Assembly: GCA_964106915.2 (NCBI GenBank)
Contig: OZ066917.1
Reading direction: 5' to 3' (one strand)
Length of the DNA: 64,000 bases
DNA from: Podarcis gaigeae
Taxonomy: Eukaryota
The position numbers and the translations under genes were made by a program. Shown here piece by piece: positions 49,001 through 60,577 of this stretch; the first letter of the stretch is position 1, and each line of letters opens with the position of its first letter. The notes below the pieces were generated by a model. That model ran no database searches. It had not been told where the DNA came from and saw only the letters and a program-made list of their open reading frames with translations.

Positions 49001-52000
49001 AGGAGGGCTCCCCGTGCTTCGGGCGAGTGTCTGTAAGCCTCGCACGCCCGGCAGGAGCTCCCGCCGGGCGCGCGAGGCTTGGGGCGGCAGCCTGCCGCCC
49101 GAAGCACGCGGAGCCCTCCGGAGGGTGCCCCGTGCTTCGGGCAGGCGTGTGCAAGGCTTGGGGCGGCAGCCGCGGCTGGAGGGGGGAAATAATTTTTTTT
49201 ATTCATTCCCCACCCCAAAAAACGAGGTGCGTCCTATGGGCCGGTGCGTCCTATAGGACGAAAAATACGGTATTTATTTAATAGATCTTTACCCTGCCCT
49301 TTCAGGACAAGAAACTCCCCCAAGGCTTACAGTAATTCTTTATTAAGTATATTAATTACAGATCAAAAATATTGAAATAACCAGATAAAAGCAGCAGAGA
49401 GCAGTGACACACATTAAAAATTAATAAAACTCTGAACAAAACAGAAGTTTTTTAAGATATGCTGAAAGGCAGATAGCAACAAGGCCATACATACTTCCCT
49501 ACAGAGATAATTCCACATGTTGGGTCACCACTGAAAAGAGCCTGTTTGATGCTTGCCATATTATAAACCGTCCTGTGATCTTTGGATGAAGGGTGGTATA
49601 GAAATTATACATATGAATGATTGACCTCGATGGAAGGCCAGAAAGCTGTTTGTGAGCAGGATGCAGGGCTATATACATGGCCTGATCCAGCAGGGCTGCC
49701 CTTCAAGACATGCATACCATTCAGTATGATATGCTGTCTCCAGAACTAAGTCCCAGAGTTTCTTTGTTTCTGCTGGCATTTCATATGCACAAACAGGAGG
49801 AGCTAACAGGGTGTGGTAGTAGAGGACAGAGATGCCAGGGACACAGAACTACTGCTGCTGATATGTGAGTAAGGAAGTTGTCCAGAGTGTATGGGAGAAG
49901 TTGCATCCGATCCCAAGTACAGGGAATAAAATACTACTATACTGCCCATGCCAGAAACATAAGACATTAAAATAAAGTGAACTTAGAGAAACCAGAAAGT
50001 GTTACATTTTGCTGCAGAAAAGCCTCTTAAGCATGTTTCAAACAAATGGAACCTCTCTCTTTCTGCTTGTATAGTTTCTCCAGAAAATATGTTAGGGGTT
50101 CCTATTCAATAGAGACCAGAGCAGGCAACCTTTACTTTGAGAGGGCTTCTGGGACTGTCATATGGATAGGCCACACAGTGTCTGATTTCTAAAATCCTTC
50201 AGCTGCACTTCTAAGGTATTCCCCCCCAAAGTTGCCTGATTTGTCTTGGCAGTATTCATTTTCTCTTCAGAACTCCAAGAATGTGGTCATACAAATAAAA
50301 AATTATCCCTGAGGACTTTGTTCATATGGCTTGAGGCTGTTATTATAGTTAGCTATATGAACAAAACCAGCAATTTATTTCTAAATAAATTAGTGATCAT
50401 CTCTTAAAACCCTTCTGTCACCTTCGTCCTTATTTGTTGCAGGCTTTCGCAAGGCCAGCTTCCTCCCTTTGCTAGAATTTGCTTATACTTCAGAGCTGAC
50501 GTTTGATTTCTGCAATATGGCAGCAGTAGCTGAGCTGGCCCAGCATCTCGTCATGACAGAAGTCCTGGAAATCTGTGAAAATGTGCACAAGCAAATGGAA
50601 GATAAACAAATCACAGTGTACCAAAAAGGAGATGTTCAGATAGTCGAGGTAGCGCAAACTCTTTTAGAGCAGAACGAAAGTGAGGTAGCTCAGAATCTTT
50701 CAGAGCAGAACGAAAGCCCATTGAACCCAGCGGACAGCGTGGAGCAGCCTTTACCTACAGGAGATGCTGTAGCAACTGTGAATGGAACATGTTCGAGTAC
50801 TGATGTGGAAGAAATGGCTACGCCTGAGGCTGCACCGCAAGCTGCTTCAGAGCCTCTCGTGGACAATCCTCCAGAGCCTCTAGTGCAATCTACTTGTGTA
50901 GAAATGACCGAAACTGAAGAAAAAACCCAAATCGTAGAATGTACCGCAAGTCAGTCTGTTTCTGTAGTGCAGGCGGAGCCTCCAGCAGCAGAACAAGTCA
51001 TTATCAGCACTCGGGCAGAAAGCGATACCGATCAGAACGATGGAAGTGAACAAAACGCGATCAGCGAAGCAAATGCAGATGCTGCCTCTGAAGATAATCG
51101 GGAAGGACTTAAGCGAAAACGTGGCAGGCCATGTAAAATGCAGAGCACTCCTCAGTCTCAGTCAGAGACCTCAGTTTCCGGTCAAGATGACACCTACAAA
51201 AGCAAGCTACGTCAGCGTTCTGTGAGTGAGGGAGGCTATATCAAGTTGCACAAGGGCATTGAGAAAAAACTACAAAATAGAAAGCCGGCAGCCAAATCAG
51301 CCATTCAGCAGGTATGCTCAAAATCTTACCGTCCAAAGATAAAAACTTTATTTGTATCCACTGAGCAATTTATTTGCTTGCTTGCTTGCTTGTTTGTAGT
51401 AATAAGGATATATCTTTCCCTTTCTTGCATTTCAATCCCAGCAAGGCTTTCAAGGTGGTTTACAATAAAAAATAATTTTTAAGGATGTAATGTATACAAA
51501 ATCGTAACATCATCAGATGTAATGATTAAAACAGTCAACAAAAGTAAATTCAACAGCCAACAAGAAAACAATTCCAGTTCCACTGTCCGTTTGAGATCTC
51601 GCTGCTTCCTGCTGTACCCTTAATATCAGGGGCGGACATAACAGGGCCTTGCCAGAGGATGTGAATTCACTAGAAAGATATGCATGAGATATTCAAGGAC
51701 CGCTTTCCCCCATATGAAGGTCCAGAGGGTGGCAACCCAAATACAGGCCTTTTCTCTGGTGACTCCCTGTTTATAGAATGCTCCCCCCAGGGAGGCTAGC
51801 CTGTTGCCATCATTATATATCTTTAGGCACCAAGCAAACAAAACCTTTCCTTTATAACCAGGACTTTGCCTTCAGCTATCTTTGGCCTTTTAGAAGTGGT
51901 TGGGATGTTTTTAATATATTTCTGTTTCCTCTTCATTAAAACATATCTGTGTGGGATTTATTGTCTATTTGTTTGGTTGTAAGTTGCTTTGGCCTGGGCA

Positions 52001-55000
52001 AGATAAAGCGACTGACAAATTTAATAAATGATGATGATGATGATGATAATTTCGCTGTGAATATGCCCTAAGTTGTTCCTTCCTTTCAGGAGGCTTATTG
52101 CAACATTTGAGAACCTCTGAATTAATGTGTAGGAGCCTTGAGTAAGCACAGCCTATATGTAAACTACTTGTAGAGTTGTTTGGTAATGTGTAAGCAGAAA
52201 ACTGTAATCACAGCATCATCATGACATGCCTCTTAATTCAAAACTAGATTTGTGCTCCATTATTGAACGCTTTGGTCATTGCAGCTCCTACGTTGCTCTG
52301 TATAGAGGTGAGCATGCACCAAATAGCGTCGCTCCTTGGAGTCTACATGTACAGCAGGAACATCTGTAGCAAAGGATATGGCAGACATACAGATGTACAT
52401 GTGAAGACTTCAGTGTAACCTGGGTCCCCAATCACGTAGAATTCTAGCTGTACACACAAACACTTTGGTGTTAACATACATTGGTGCTGTACGCACAGAA
52501 AACAGATGCTGGAATAACCTCGTACGCTTCTGCTCCTGTGGAGAGGGCTCACCTGTCTGAAGAGGGCTCACATGTTGTGGAATTCTGAGCTAATACGAGC
52601 ATGTAGGTTTTATGGGGAATATCACATATATCTTCCTCATGTCCCTTTGCTAAAATTGCTGAGATATTTTAAAAGAAAACTTCCTTTGCTATTCCACTTG
52701 GGTTGTTGATTTTACAGTCCCTCCCTCCCCCTATGTAATGTTAATTGTAATCAATCCTTTTCAATTAGGTTGCCATGAAGCTAGTGCAAAGAGGCAAGAA
52801 GATGAAGCAGCCCAAGAGAGACACTTCAGAGTACAGCGAAACAGAAACGCAGCACAAATGTGGTGAATGTGGAATGGTTTTTCAGAGGCGTTATGCTCTT
52901 ATAATGCACACACTGAAGCATGAAAGGACAAAGAATTTTAAATGTCCAGTAAGTTTCCCCTTAAAATTACTCTAAACTGGCACTTCTGTAGCAATGCTTT
53001 TTCAGGCATTTATTACTTAACTATTTTTTTATTTTTAAAAATTGTACAAATTACCATTTAATACAGAGTTTAAAAACAGCTCAAGTGTTATGTAAATGTT
53101 AACAATAAATTAAAAGCATCATGCGATTGAACGTTCCCTAAGATTTGTCATTCAATAACTTAAGAAATATAGACAATCTTTCAATAAATCTGTTGGTTTT
53201 GTTAATCTGTGTTGTCCTAGAATATGTGTTTCCCCATTGTTTTTTGCTAAAATTGTTTGGTTGCTTCTAGCAAAAAACAACGGGGAAACAATGCTCCTCT
53301 AACAATACTGTATATTGGGTTTGAGAAATTATGGTTTACTGAGAAACTGTTTAAATTAGTATATTCTAGGTGTTAAATTCCATTGCTATTAGATTTTAAA
53401 ATTTCCCTTTAAATTTGCTGAAACTAGCCTGGCTAGGGAATGACTATATAAGCATTTCTATTCATCAGTTCTTGTTTCGTGTCCACCATCTCGCTATTCT
53501 TTAAATGCTAGATTAATTGAGTTGTGTACAGCCTACCACTTCCCTTTGATAATCCGTTTGGCATTTAACATTGCAATAATCTCCCAGCGTGGTTTCTCAA
53601 AAGATAACAGTTCCAACTTAAACTCTCATCACCGCTCTTAAATATGTTTCAGCTCTCCAGTCAGATAGCTTAGATTCACAGTCTCTACATTTTGGAGTGT
53701 TACAAGGCAAATGTTGTCGCCATTCCTGTCTGCAATTTGTAATATGTATAAAGTGGAACAGACTTTTAGAATTTGAGTCGTCATAGATCTCTTAGTCAGA
53801 TCTATGCATTGCTATTTATACATTACTTTTATCTGTAAGGTATGCAAACCTAGAAGTAAGTCCCTTATCTAGTAGATGGAGAGAACTCTTCCCGCTACAA
53901 AACTGTTGCATGAATGTTGATCTCTGATTCTTAGTGTTAAGATTTCAAGTGACATATCAAAACAATTTTATGTTTCTCAGCTGTGCAAAAAAGAGTTTCA
54001 GTATGGTGCCTCGCTGCGAGCTCACCTTGTTCGCCATACCCGAAAAAATGAAGTGACTGTTGCAACTGCCAGTATAGAGGAGAGTGGTGCAGCTACGAAG
54101 GGCAGAACTAAACGGGAGTTTATCTGTGATATATGTGGAAGAAGTTTGCCTAAACTCTACTCTCTGAGAATCCATATGTTGAAACATACAGGTGTAAAGC
54201 CACATGCATGTAAGGTAAAAGTAATGCTTTATGGTCTCACATTTTTGATGTATTTCTTCTTGTGATATTTTAGCCACGTGGCTTAAAGCTTATACGAAGT
54301 TCAATTGCTATCTGAAAGTAACAGAATTCATAACAATGAATACTGCTGAAATGAAGGAAAAGTGGATGGGAACTTTGTGTTAAGTTTTAATGTAGCCTAG
54401 AAAAACCTTGAAAAACTTCAGTATTAGGCTGTGAAACCTTTCATGAATTATAAACCATAGTTAAAATCTTGATTCTGCAATACTTGAAAAAGGTGGATGC
54501 TATGGCCACTATGTTTCATTTACTTAATCCCAAAGTCCTAGATTTAGGTTTGAACTCGCATTGGCTCCAGTGATACCTAAATAATAGTCATACTCAGAGT
54601 AGACATCTACAGAGTAGAGTTGAAATCAGTTGAGGTAAGTTGCTGAAGCCTATTGATTTCATTGTGTCTGCTCTGCGACTAATGTTGATATCACCCAGCC
54701 AGTTTGGCTTTGGGTGAAATTCAATGCTGCCATTCCACTGGCAGAACAGCTTTTGATCCAGCAGTGGTGTCTGTGCGCTCCTGAAATATTCTGAGCAACC
54801 TGTTCTTCAAGACCTCCCAACAACCCACTGGAGGGTTGTGAGGGCTGCAGAGGGAATGGACATGGGAGAAAATCGCCTTTTCTTACGTTAGCTGATGCCT
54901 CCACTGAATCAAAAGCTATTATGTGAGCAGAACAGTAGCGATTGATTTCATTGATTATAAAAACATCTAATTACATTTGCAGGTGTACCATAGGTGTTGG

Positions 55001-58000
55001 GAGTTTAGTAGGCAGACTTGCTACATTTATTTCTCTGTTCTGCAATTTTCAAGATTGAAATTTGAATTGGTCATGCTAGGTTTCTAAGATCATCAATTAT
55101 TATCTCAGTTTGCACTGTCATTACCTTAAAAATATTTCTCAGGTGCTCTCTGTCTCTCCGGAGCGTTAAGTTTTACTGGAATAAGTTTTTTCTTCATCAC
55201 TGAAATGCTGAACTACTTCTGCAGATACAAACTGTGGGCTGTATCCAACTAAGTAGATCTGCTAGCACAAGGATTTCTGCTTTTGCACGAGAGGTTTCCC
55301 AGCCTCTCTTCTCCCACATGCCCACTCCGCACTCCCCAAATCTGCTCTAGAGGGTTGGGAAGCCGCCCCCCCTGAACAGATTTAAGGGGGCACAGGAAGA
55401 GGAGAGGAGAGGGAGGTGAAGTCCCTTCAGCAGCCAAAGGTAGTTGCACTAATGGATCTGTTTAGTTGGATACTAAATCCCTTTGTCTCCTTGTCTCCTA
55501 GTTTTGCCATAAAACTACTCTTATCGGGAAGAGGAAGTCTTTACCATCTAATGCTTCCTTTATCGTAGGTAGTTGCTGTCTGTTTGGAGAGATGTTAACA
55601 TTTGCTGACAATTTGGTCTCTTGCAGATTTGTGGAAAGTCGTTTACTTACAAACACGGTTTAAAGATGCACCTCGCGCTCCATGAGGCACAGAAGCAGTT
55701 TAAATGTGAATTGTGTGATAAGTCTTTTGTCACAAAAAGAAGTCTTCAGGAGCATATAAGCATTCACACAGGTAAATGAGAGAGACCCTTTCTTATTAAT
55801 GAAAAAGTAACACCTGCACTATGCTTTCATGGGTGTATAAACTGAATGCACTCAAACTACAAATATTTAGCTAGTGGTTTCAGTTCAGTGAAATTCAGCA
55901 TTCCAGCCATATGTGATGAGGGAGCTGAGAAACTAGAGCTCTCCTGTTTCAATTTTCAACTGGCAGCTTTGAATTGGTATATTAAATTCAGCTTTATTTT
56001 ATATTAATTGCTTATTTTATGAACATTGTTTCTGACAGTTGAATCAGTTAACAGTTGAATCAGCTAAAAAGGGGGGGGGGGGAATTCCAGCAGCTGTGAA
56101 GGAGGGCCAGATGAACAGCTCACTTCTTCCACTGATGGTCTCTAGCTGCTACTACCTCTGAAAGCAAAGTATCTATTTTCCTCAACTAACCTCCTTCCTG
56201 TTATATTTGCTCGCATTGTCTTCTCTCATATTTAAGGCAAAACCATGCAAGGAAATGCATTTCAAAAGCATTTTTAATGTTAAAAATAATTTTGTTTTTT
56301 TGCCTTAAGTTGAATACGATAGCATCTATTAAAGCCATTGCTGCTATTATTTTGTCAGGAGAATCAAAATACTTTTGCCCACACTGTGGAAAGTCTTTCC
56401 ATAGAGCTTCAGGACTTAGCAAGCATATAAAGAAACACCAGCCGAAACCTGAAATTCGGGGATATCAGTGTACTCAGTAAGTATGAATAGAATTGCAAGC
56501 CTTTAAATGTTTTAAGTATATTTTTGCCAATTTCAGTGGGTATCAAAATGAATTCCCATGTTACTTTTACAGAAATCTGCCAGGCTGTTTTAGGCAAGGC
56601 ATGCCCACTTCACAATATATGATGTCATGTGTGGGGCAGATAAGGGTGAGACTTGTCTCCCTGCTTCCCAGACATCTGACATTGAGATATCTCAGTTGGT
56701 AGAGCATGAGACTCTTAATCTCAGGGTTGTGGGTCCTGCATTGCAGGAGAGTTTGGACTAAACTGTATAATCCTTGTGGTCCCTTTCCAACTCAACGATT
56801 CTATAGCAACCAGCTGGCTGTTGGGTGCATCAGAAGTGCCATACTTTGCAAGTGCTTTCTGCACATCACTTCTCAAGTGCCCAACAACCAGCTCACTGTG
56901 AGGCATTTGGGAAGTTCTGCACAGAGTGCTTTGCAAACCTTGTGCTTGGCGCTTCCCAAGCACTGAGCACCAGGCTCGCTGTGCGCAGGCAGCTCTTTCC
57001 AAACATCTGACAATTAGCTGGTTGTCATTTGTTTGGGAAGGGTGGCAGACAAGGCTGAGCAAGCCCTTCAAACTGCTTCTCCCCCCTGGACCAACTTTTA
57101 CAGGTATCAATTGCTCAAAGCCACTTTGATTTCAGACACGTGGTTGGTCCTGCCCATCTGTCCAAGGTGGGTTACAGTGGTTGGGAGATGAAGACCTGGC
57201 CCACCTGGCCAAAACTGTTCTCCACCCCGGTATAGATTATATGTGGTTTAATGTGAAAGCAGAGTTTTGCTCTTATCACACTTCATTTCTTATGATTTGT
57301 ACAGGGCGAGTCCTTTAAAAGAGGCCCCGTGGATACAGAGTACACATGTTCCACGGGGCATCTTTTAAAAGACTCACCCTGTACAATGTAACTTGTGATA
57401 GCATAGGGGTGAGTGAGTGGCTGCGGGTTTCTTAGGGAAGGAGAGTTGATTTGTTTTTAAAAGGCATGGGAACAATTTTTCAGTAGAAAATTTGGGCTTC
57501 AAAATCAGACACTTTTCTTTTTTACAAAAGGTTTTATTTATGTTATATTACACTTTGTAGCTAAGACCACTATAAATAAAACAAGCTTGCTTGTCAAGAA
57601 AAAAAAGAAAGCAAGTGAATAAAAAGGGAGGAAAAAAAGGGGGGGATCAAACTGTTTTCTGTAAGGTTAGAGGATTAGCCCGTCAACAGACTTTTGTAGC
57701 ATAGCAAGTTGGGCCATACTTTTGTGAAGTATTAGACGCCTGTTAATGGGGATTATTTGCATAGATTTTAAATTCTTTGACTAACACTAATTTCAGTGTA
57801 TCTATTCTAACCTGCCACCCTGGGCTCCTTTGGGAGGAAAAGCAGGACAGAAATCTAATAAATAAAAATAAGCAACTCTCCAGATCCAGCCCATAGTTAC
57901 ATTAACATGAAATAACAGTCTAGTTGGGCATGCAGCTTATAGCTGTACCTCAAATACCTTTCCCAGTAAGTTCCTTTAACCAAATGTGTACAATTGTGTA

Positions 58001-60154
58001 CTGTTTCAGATGTGAGAAAAGTTTCTATGAACCCCGAGATCTCCGACAGCACATGAACAAGCATCTTGGGGTGAAACCATTCCAGTGCCAATCCTGTGGA
58101 AAGTGCTATAGTTGGAAAAAAGATTGGTATTCTCATGTGAAGTCCCATTCTGTTACTGAGCCTTACAGGTAAATCAAGTAAACTAGTCTAAGCTTTGAAT
58201 AAATACTCAGATGATAAAGACCTGTAGGCAAGTCAGTGTGTACTTTGTAATTCTGATTGTGCATAATGGAATGACTTTTGGATGCATATTTTAAAATTCT
58301 GTGTCATAGCCATCAGGAATGCTTAATATAAAGTATTTTGATTATCGCCTCAACTTAGCCACCAAACTTCCTACAGCTTCTTAAAGTTTCTTAATAGGTT
58401 AAAAGGCAGCTTTGTACTCACCAAGTAATCTGATTGGGGTGAAAATGACTTGCCAGCCCAAATACTTATTATTCTAAGAGTTATACTTTTAGGACTTTTC
58501 TATCCTGCTCTAATTGTCTTCTCTCATTTTTTTAGGTGCAATGTGTGTGGCAAAGAATTCTATGAGAAAGCTTTGTACAGAAGGCATGTCAAGAAAGCAA
58601 CTCATGGGAAAAAAGGAAGAGCAAAGCAAAATTTGGAACGTATTTGTGAGCACTGTGGGAGAAAATTCACCCAGCTTCGGGAGTACAGAAGACACATGAA
58701 CAACCATGAGGGTAAATCTGACAAGTTTAATTTTAAGAATACTGCCATGTTTCAATAAATGAACAAAAATTGGGACTTAGAAAACATTAAATTTAAGGGG
58801 GAAATGGTTCCAGTCAGCACTGCTTTGAGATGGGCTAAAAATAATGGACTGGGTATAAATAAATGGTGCATTTATGAAATGACGAAAAAATTAATGAACA
58901 AATGAGACTATCATGCAGTAGCCAGACTGCCATGATTTTCTTAGCTCTCTATAATTTTTCTACATAAATCTTCGTAGCGGACTTCAGTGACTTTCAAGTA
59001 TGCTTTATGAATCCAGCCCATGGACCTGATTAAACCCACTAGGGCTCCCCATTGGGCCTGCAATGCTATTTTGGACATGCCCAATGTCTTCAGGTGTGGG
59101 GCAGGAAAGAAACCTGGCTCAGCTGAAAGGGCATTTGCAGACACCATCAAGCAGCTGATCAGTGTTGCATGGAAAGCCTTAAGCAAAGCACTGAGTAAGG
59201 TATCAGTCAGCTGATTGTTGGCTCTTCAGAAGCACCTTTCAAAGCATTGTGCAAGAGCACTTTGAAAGGGGCTCCTGAAGACACCTGGGGGCAAAAGGAG
59301 ACTGGGTGTCACATGCCAAAGTTTGCCTACAATACGGGAGGGTAACCATTTGATCCACTGGCCAGATCCAATCGTCCACCCATGCAGTAAATCGTTAAGG
59401 AAAGTATTGTAATGTTAATAAAAACACTATTTCAACCAAGGTTCAAATGCAGAAAACACTCCAAGTGGCTGGTAGCAATATATTGTAACATGGGTAAATG
59501 AAAAAAGAGTGAGTACTCTATTATAATTTGGGGGTCTGAACTAATTGATACAGGAGTATTTCTTAATTACTCTTTTGGTAACCAGTAGGTTTTCCTTAGC
59601 TTTTCAAATGTTGCTACCTCCTTTCTTTCTTATTTTGTTAAATAGGTGTTAAACCCTTTGAATGTCTGACCTGTGGAGTGGCTTGGGCTGATGCACGTTC
59701 TTTAAAGCGCCACGTAAGGTCACACACTGGAGAGAGGCCTTACGTTTGTCCAGTATGCAATGAAGCCTACATAGATGCCCGCACCTTAAGGAAGCACATG
59801 ACCAAGTTCCACCGGGATTATGTACCTTGTAAAATTATGCTGGAAAAGGACACACTTCAGTTTCATAATCAGGGAACCCAAGTAGAACATGCCATCAGCA
59901 TTCTAACATCTGATGTGCCAGAACAAGAAACAGAGGTTTGCAGTGAAGAGATTGAAACAGTAGTAGTGACTGAAGAAACACTGGAAACAGGAGCAACTGC
60001 TGAAGACTGTACAACAGTTTCCACACTTTCTGACCAAAGTATCATGCAGGTCGTCAATTATGTGTTGGCACAACAAGGACAGAAAATGACTGAGGTCACA
60101 GAAGCCATTCAAACTGTAGAAGTGGAGGTAGAACATGTTTCTGATCCAGACTGA
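45492..60154 (+). CDS. ZBTB11: Zinc finger and BTB domain-containing protein 11, complete spliced CDS, 1055 aa
   Basis: join(45492..45801,47848..48083,48234..48465,50443..51311,52769..52948,53981..54214,55627..55771,56359..56476,58010..58168,58536..58711,59646..60154) = 3168 nt. MSSEESYLAILRYLTNEREPYAPG start, integrase-like H2C2, BTB domain, 12 C2H2 fingers. Confidence 0.97.
47848..48083 (+). CDS. ZBTB11: ZBTB11 exon 2
   Basis: 236 bp, ILKQVKDYIKECSKCQ...KHELVF. Confidence 0.95.
48234..48465 (+). CDS. ZBTB11: ZBTB11 exon 3 (BTB start)
   Basis: 232 bp, LNQQRLSSQFCDVTLLIEGEVHKAHKSILAANSEYF. Confidence 0.95.
48702..49270. mobile_element. Tc1/mariner-pogo MITE with internal palindrome array
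   Basis: TIR ccgtatttttcg.cccataggacgcac / gtgcgtcctataggacgaaaaatacgg, TA TSD, CpG-rich. Confidence 0.9.
50443..51311 (+). CDS. ZBTB11: ZBTB11 exon 4
   Basis: 869 bp, BTB end LLEFAYTSEL, acidic linker, AT-hook-like KRKRGRP. Confidence 0.95.
52769..52948 (+). CDS. ZBTB11: ZBTB11 exon 5
   Basis: 180 bp, ZF1 HKCGECGMVFQRRYALIMHTLKH. Confidence 0.95.
53981..54214 (+). CDS. ZBTB11: ZBTB11 exon 6
   Basis: 234 bp, ZF2-3. Confidence 0.95.
55236..55475. mobile_element. Old MITE (PIF/Harbinger-like)
   Basis: TIR gtatccaactaa/ttagttggatac; related internal sequence at about 22620-22760 and 54710-54910. Confidence 0.5.
55627..55771 (+). CDS. ZBTB11: ZBTB11 exon 7 (not in ORF track)
   Basis: 145 bp, ICGKSFTYKHGLKMHLALHEAQKQFKCELCDKSFVTKRSLQEHISIHT. 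Confidence 0.93.
56359..56476 (+). CDS. ZBTB11: ZBTB11 exon 8
   Basis: 118 bp, ESKYFCPHCGKSFHRASGLSKHIKKH. Confidence 0.94.
56686..56804 (+). mobile_element. tRNA-Lys(CTT)-derived SINE with CR1 3' tail
   Basis: ctcagttggtagagcatgagactcttaatctcagggttgtgggt matches tRNA-Lys-CTT; tail ttggacta...gtccctttccaactcaacgattctat is a CR1 terminus. Confidence 0.8.
57302..57381. mobile_element. 80-bp mariner-type micro-MITE
   Basis: 32-bp TIRs (3 mismatches), 16-bp spacer, TA TSD. Confidence 0.85.
58010..58168 (+). CDS. ZBTB11: ZBTB11 exon 9
   Basis: 159 bp, CEKSFYEPRDLRQHMNKH...WYSHVKSH. Confidence 0.95.
58536..58711 (+). CDS. ZBTB11: ZBTB11 exon 10
   Basis: 176 bp, CNVCGKEFYEKALYRRHVKKATH...RRHMNNHE. 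Confidence 0.95.
59646..60154 (+). CDS. ZBTB11: ZBTB11 exon 11
   Basis: 509 bp, ZF11-12 and acidic tail, stop TGA. Confidence 0.95.
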
Positions 60155-60388
60155 ATACAAAAGTTCACGAATAAGGAAGGTGACCTGGGTGAAGCGGCAT
60201 GCAATTATCAAAGTATTAACCATCGTACTGGTTGGATTTTTACAGTAATAGCTCCAGAACACTGCTCAGTTTCTTGAATGTGTAATACCAACCTCTGTAC
60301 TAAAACGCAAAATCAAAGACTTTCCATATAAGCCATGGACATGTACTAAGACTACTGATCAGTTGTAATCACTTAGTAAAATCTCAAA

Positions 60389-60394
60389 AATAAA
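60389..60394 (+). terminator. ZBTB11 proximal polyA signal
   Basis: AATAAA followed by GU-rich ggtgtggtagtgttaggtatgttgtagtttttgtttt. Confidence 0.6.
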
Positions 60395-60458
60395 GTCATT
60401 GGTGTGGTAGTGTTAGGTATGTTGTAGTTTTTGTTTTCCCCTCTGCAGTTTGCTTTTA

Positions 60459-60577
60459 CAGTGGTACCTCATTCTGGAGGTCACTTTAGCTAATGGGGCT
60501 AAGTTCTTAACCTGAGGTACTATTTCTGGGTTAGCGGAGTCTGTAACCTGAAGCGTCTGTAACCAGAGGTACCACTG
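60459..60577. mobile_element. Tigger-like MITE in/near ZBTB11 3'UTR
   Basis: TIR cagtggtacctc/gaggtaccactg, TA TSD. Confidence 0.85.

Noticed and set aside
48860-49160. Palindromic repeats resembling a CRISPR array
   Set aside because: No unique spacers, no cas genes, vertebrate intron, bounded by TIRs and a TA TSD
48745-49281. ORFs of 64-178 aa with repeated peptides
   Set aside because: They translate the palindromic repeats of a MITE; no transposase motifs
56691-56735. tRNA-Lys(CTT) gene
   Set aside because: Acceptor stem and T arm are missing; it is a SINE head
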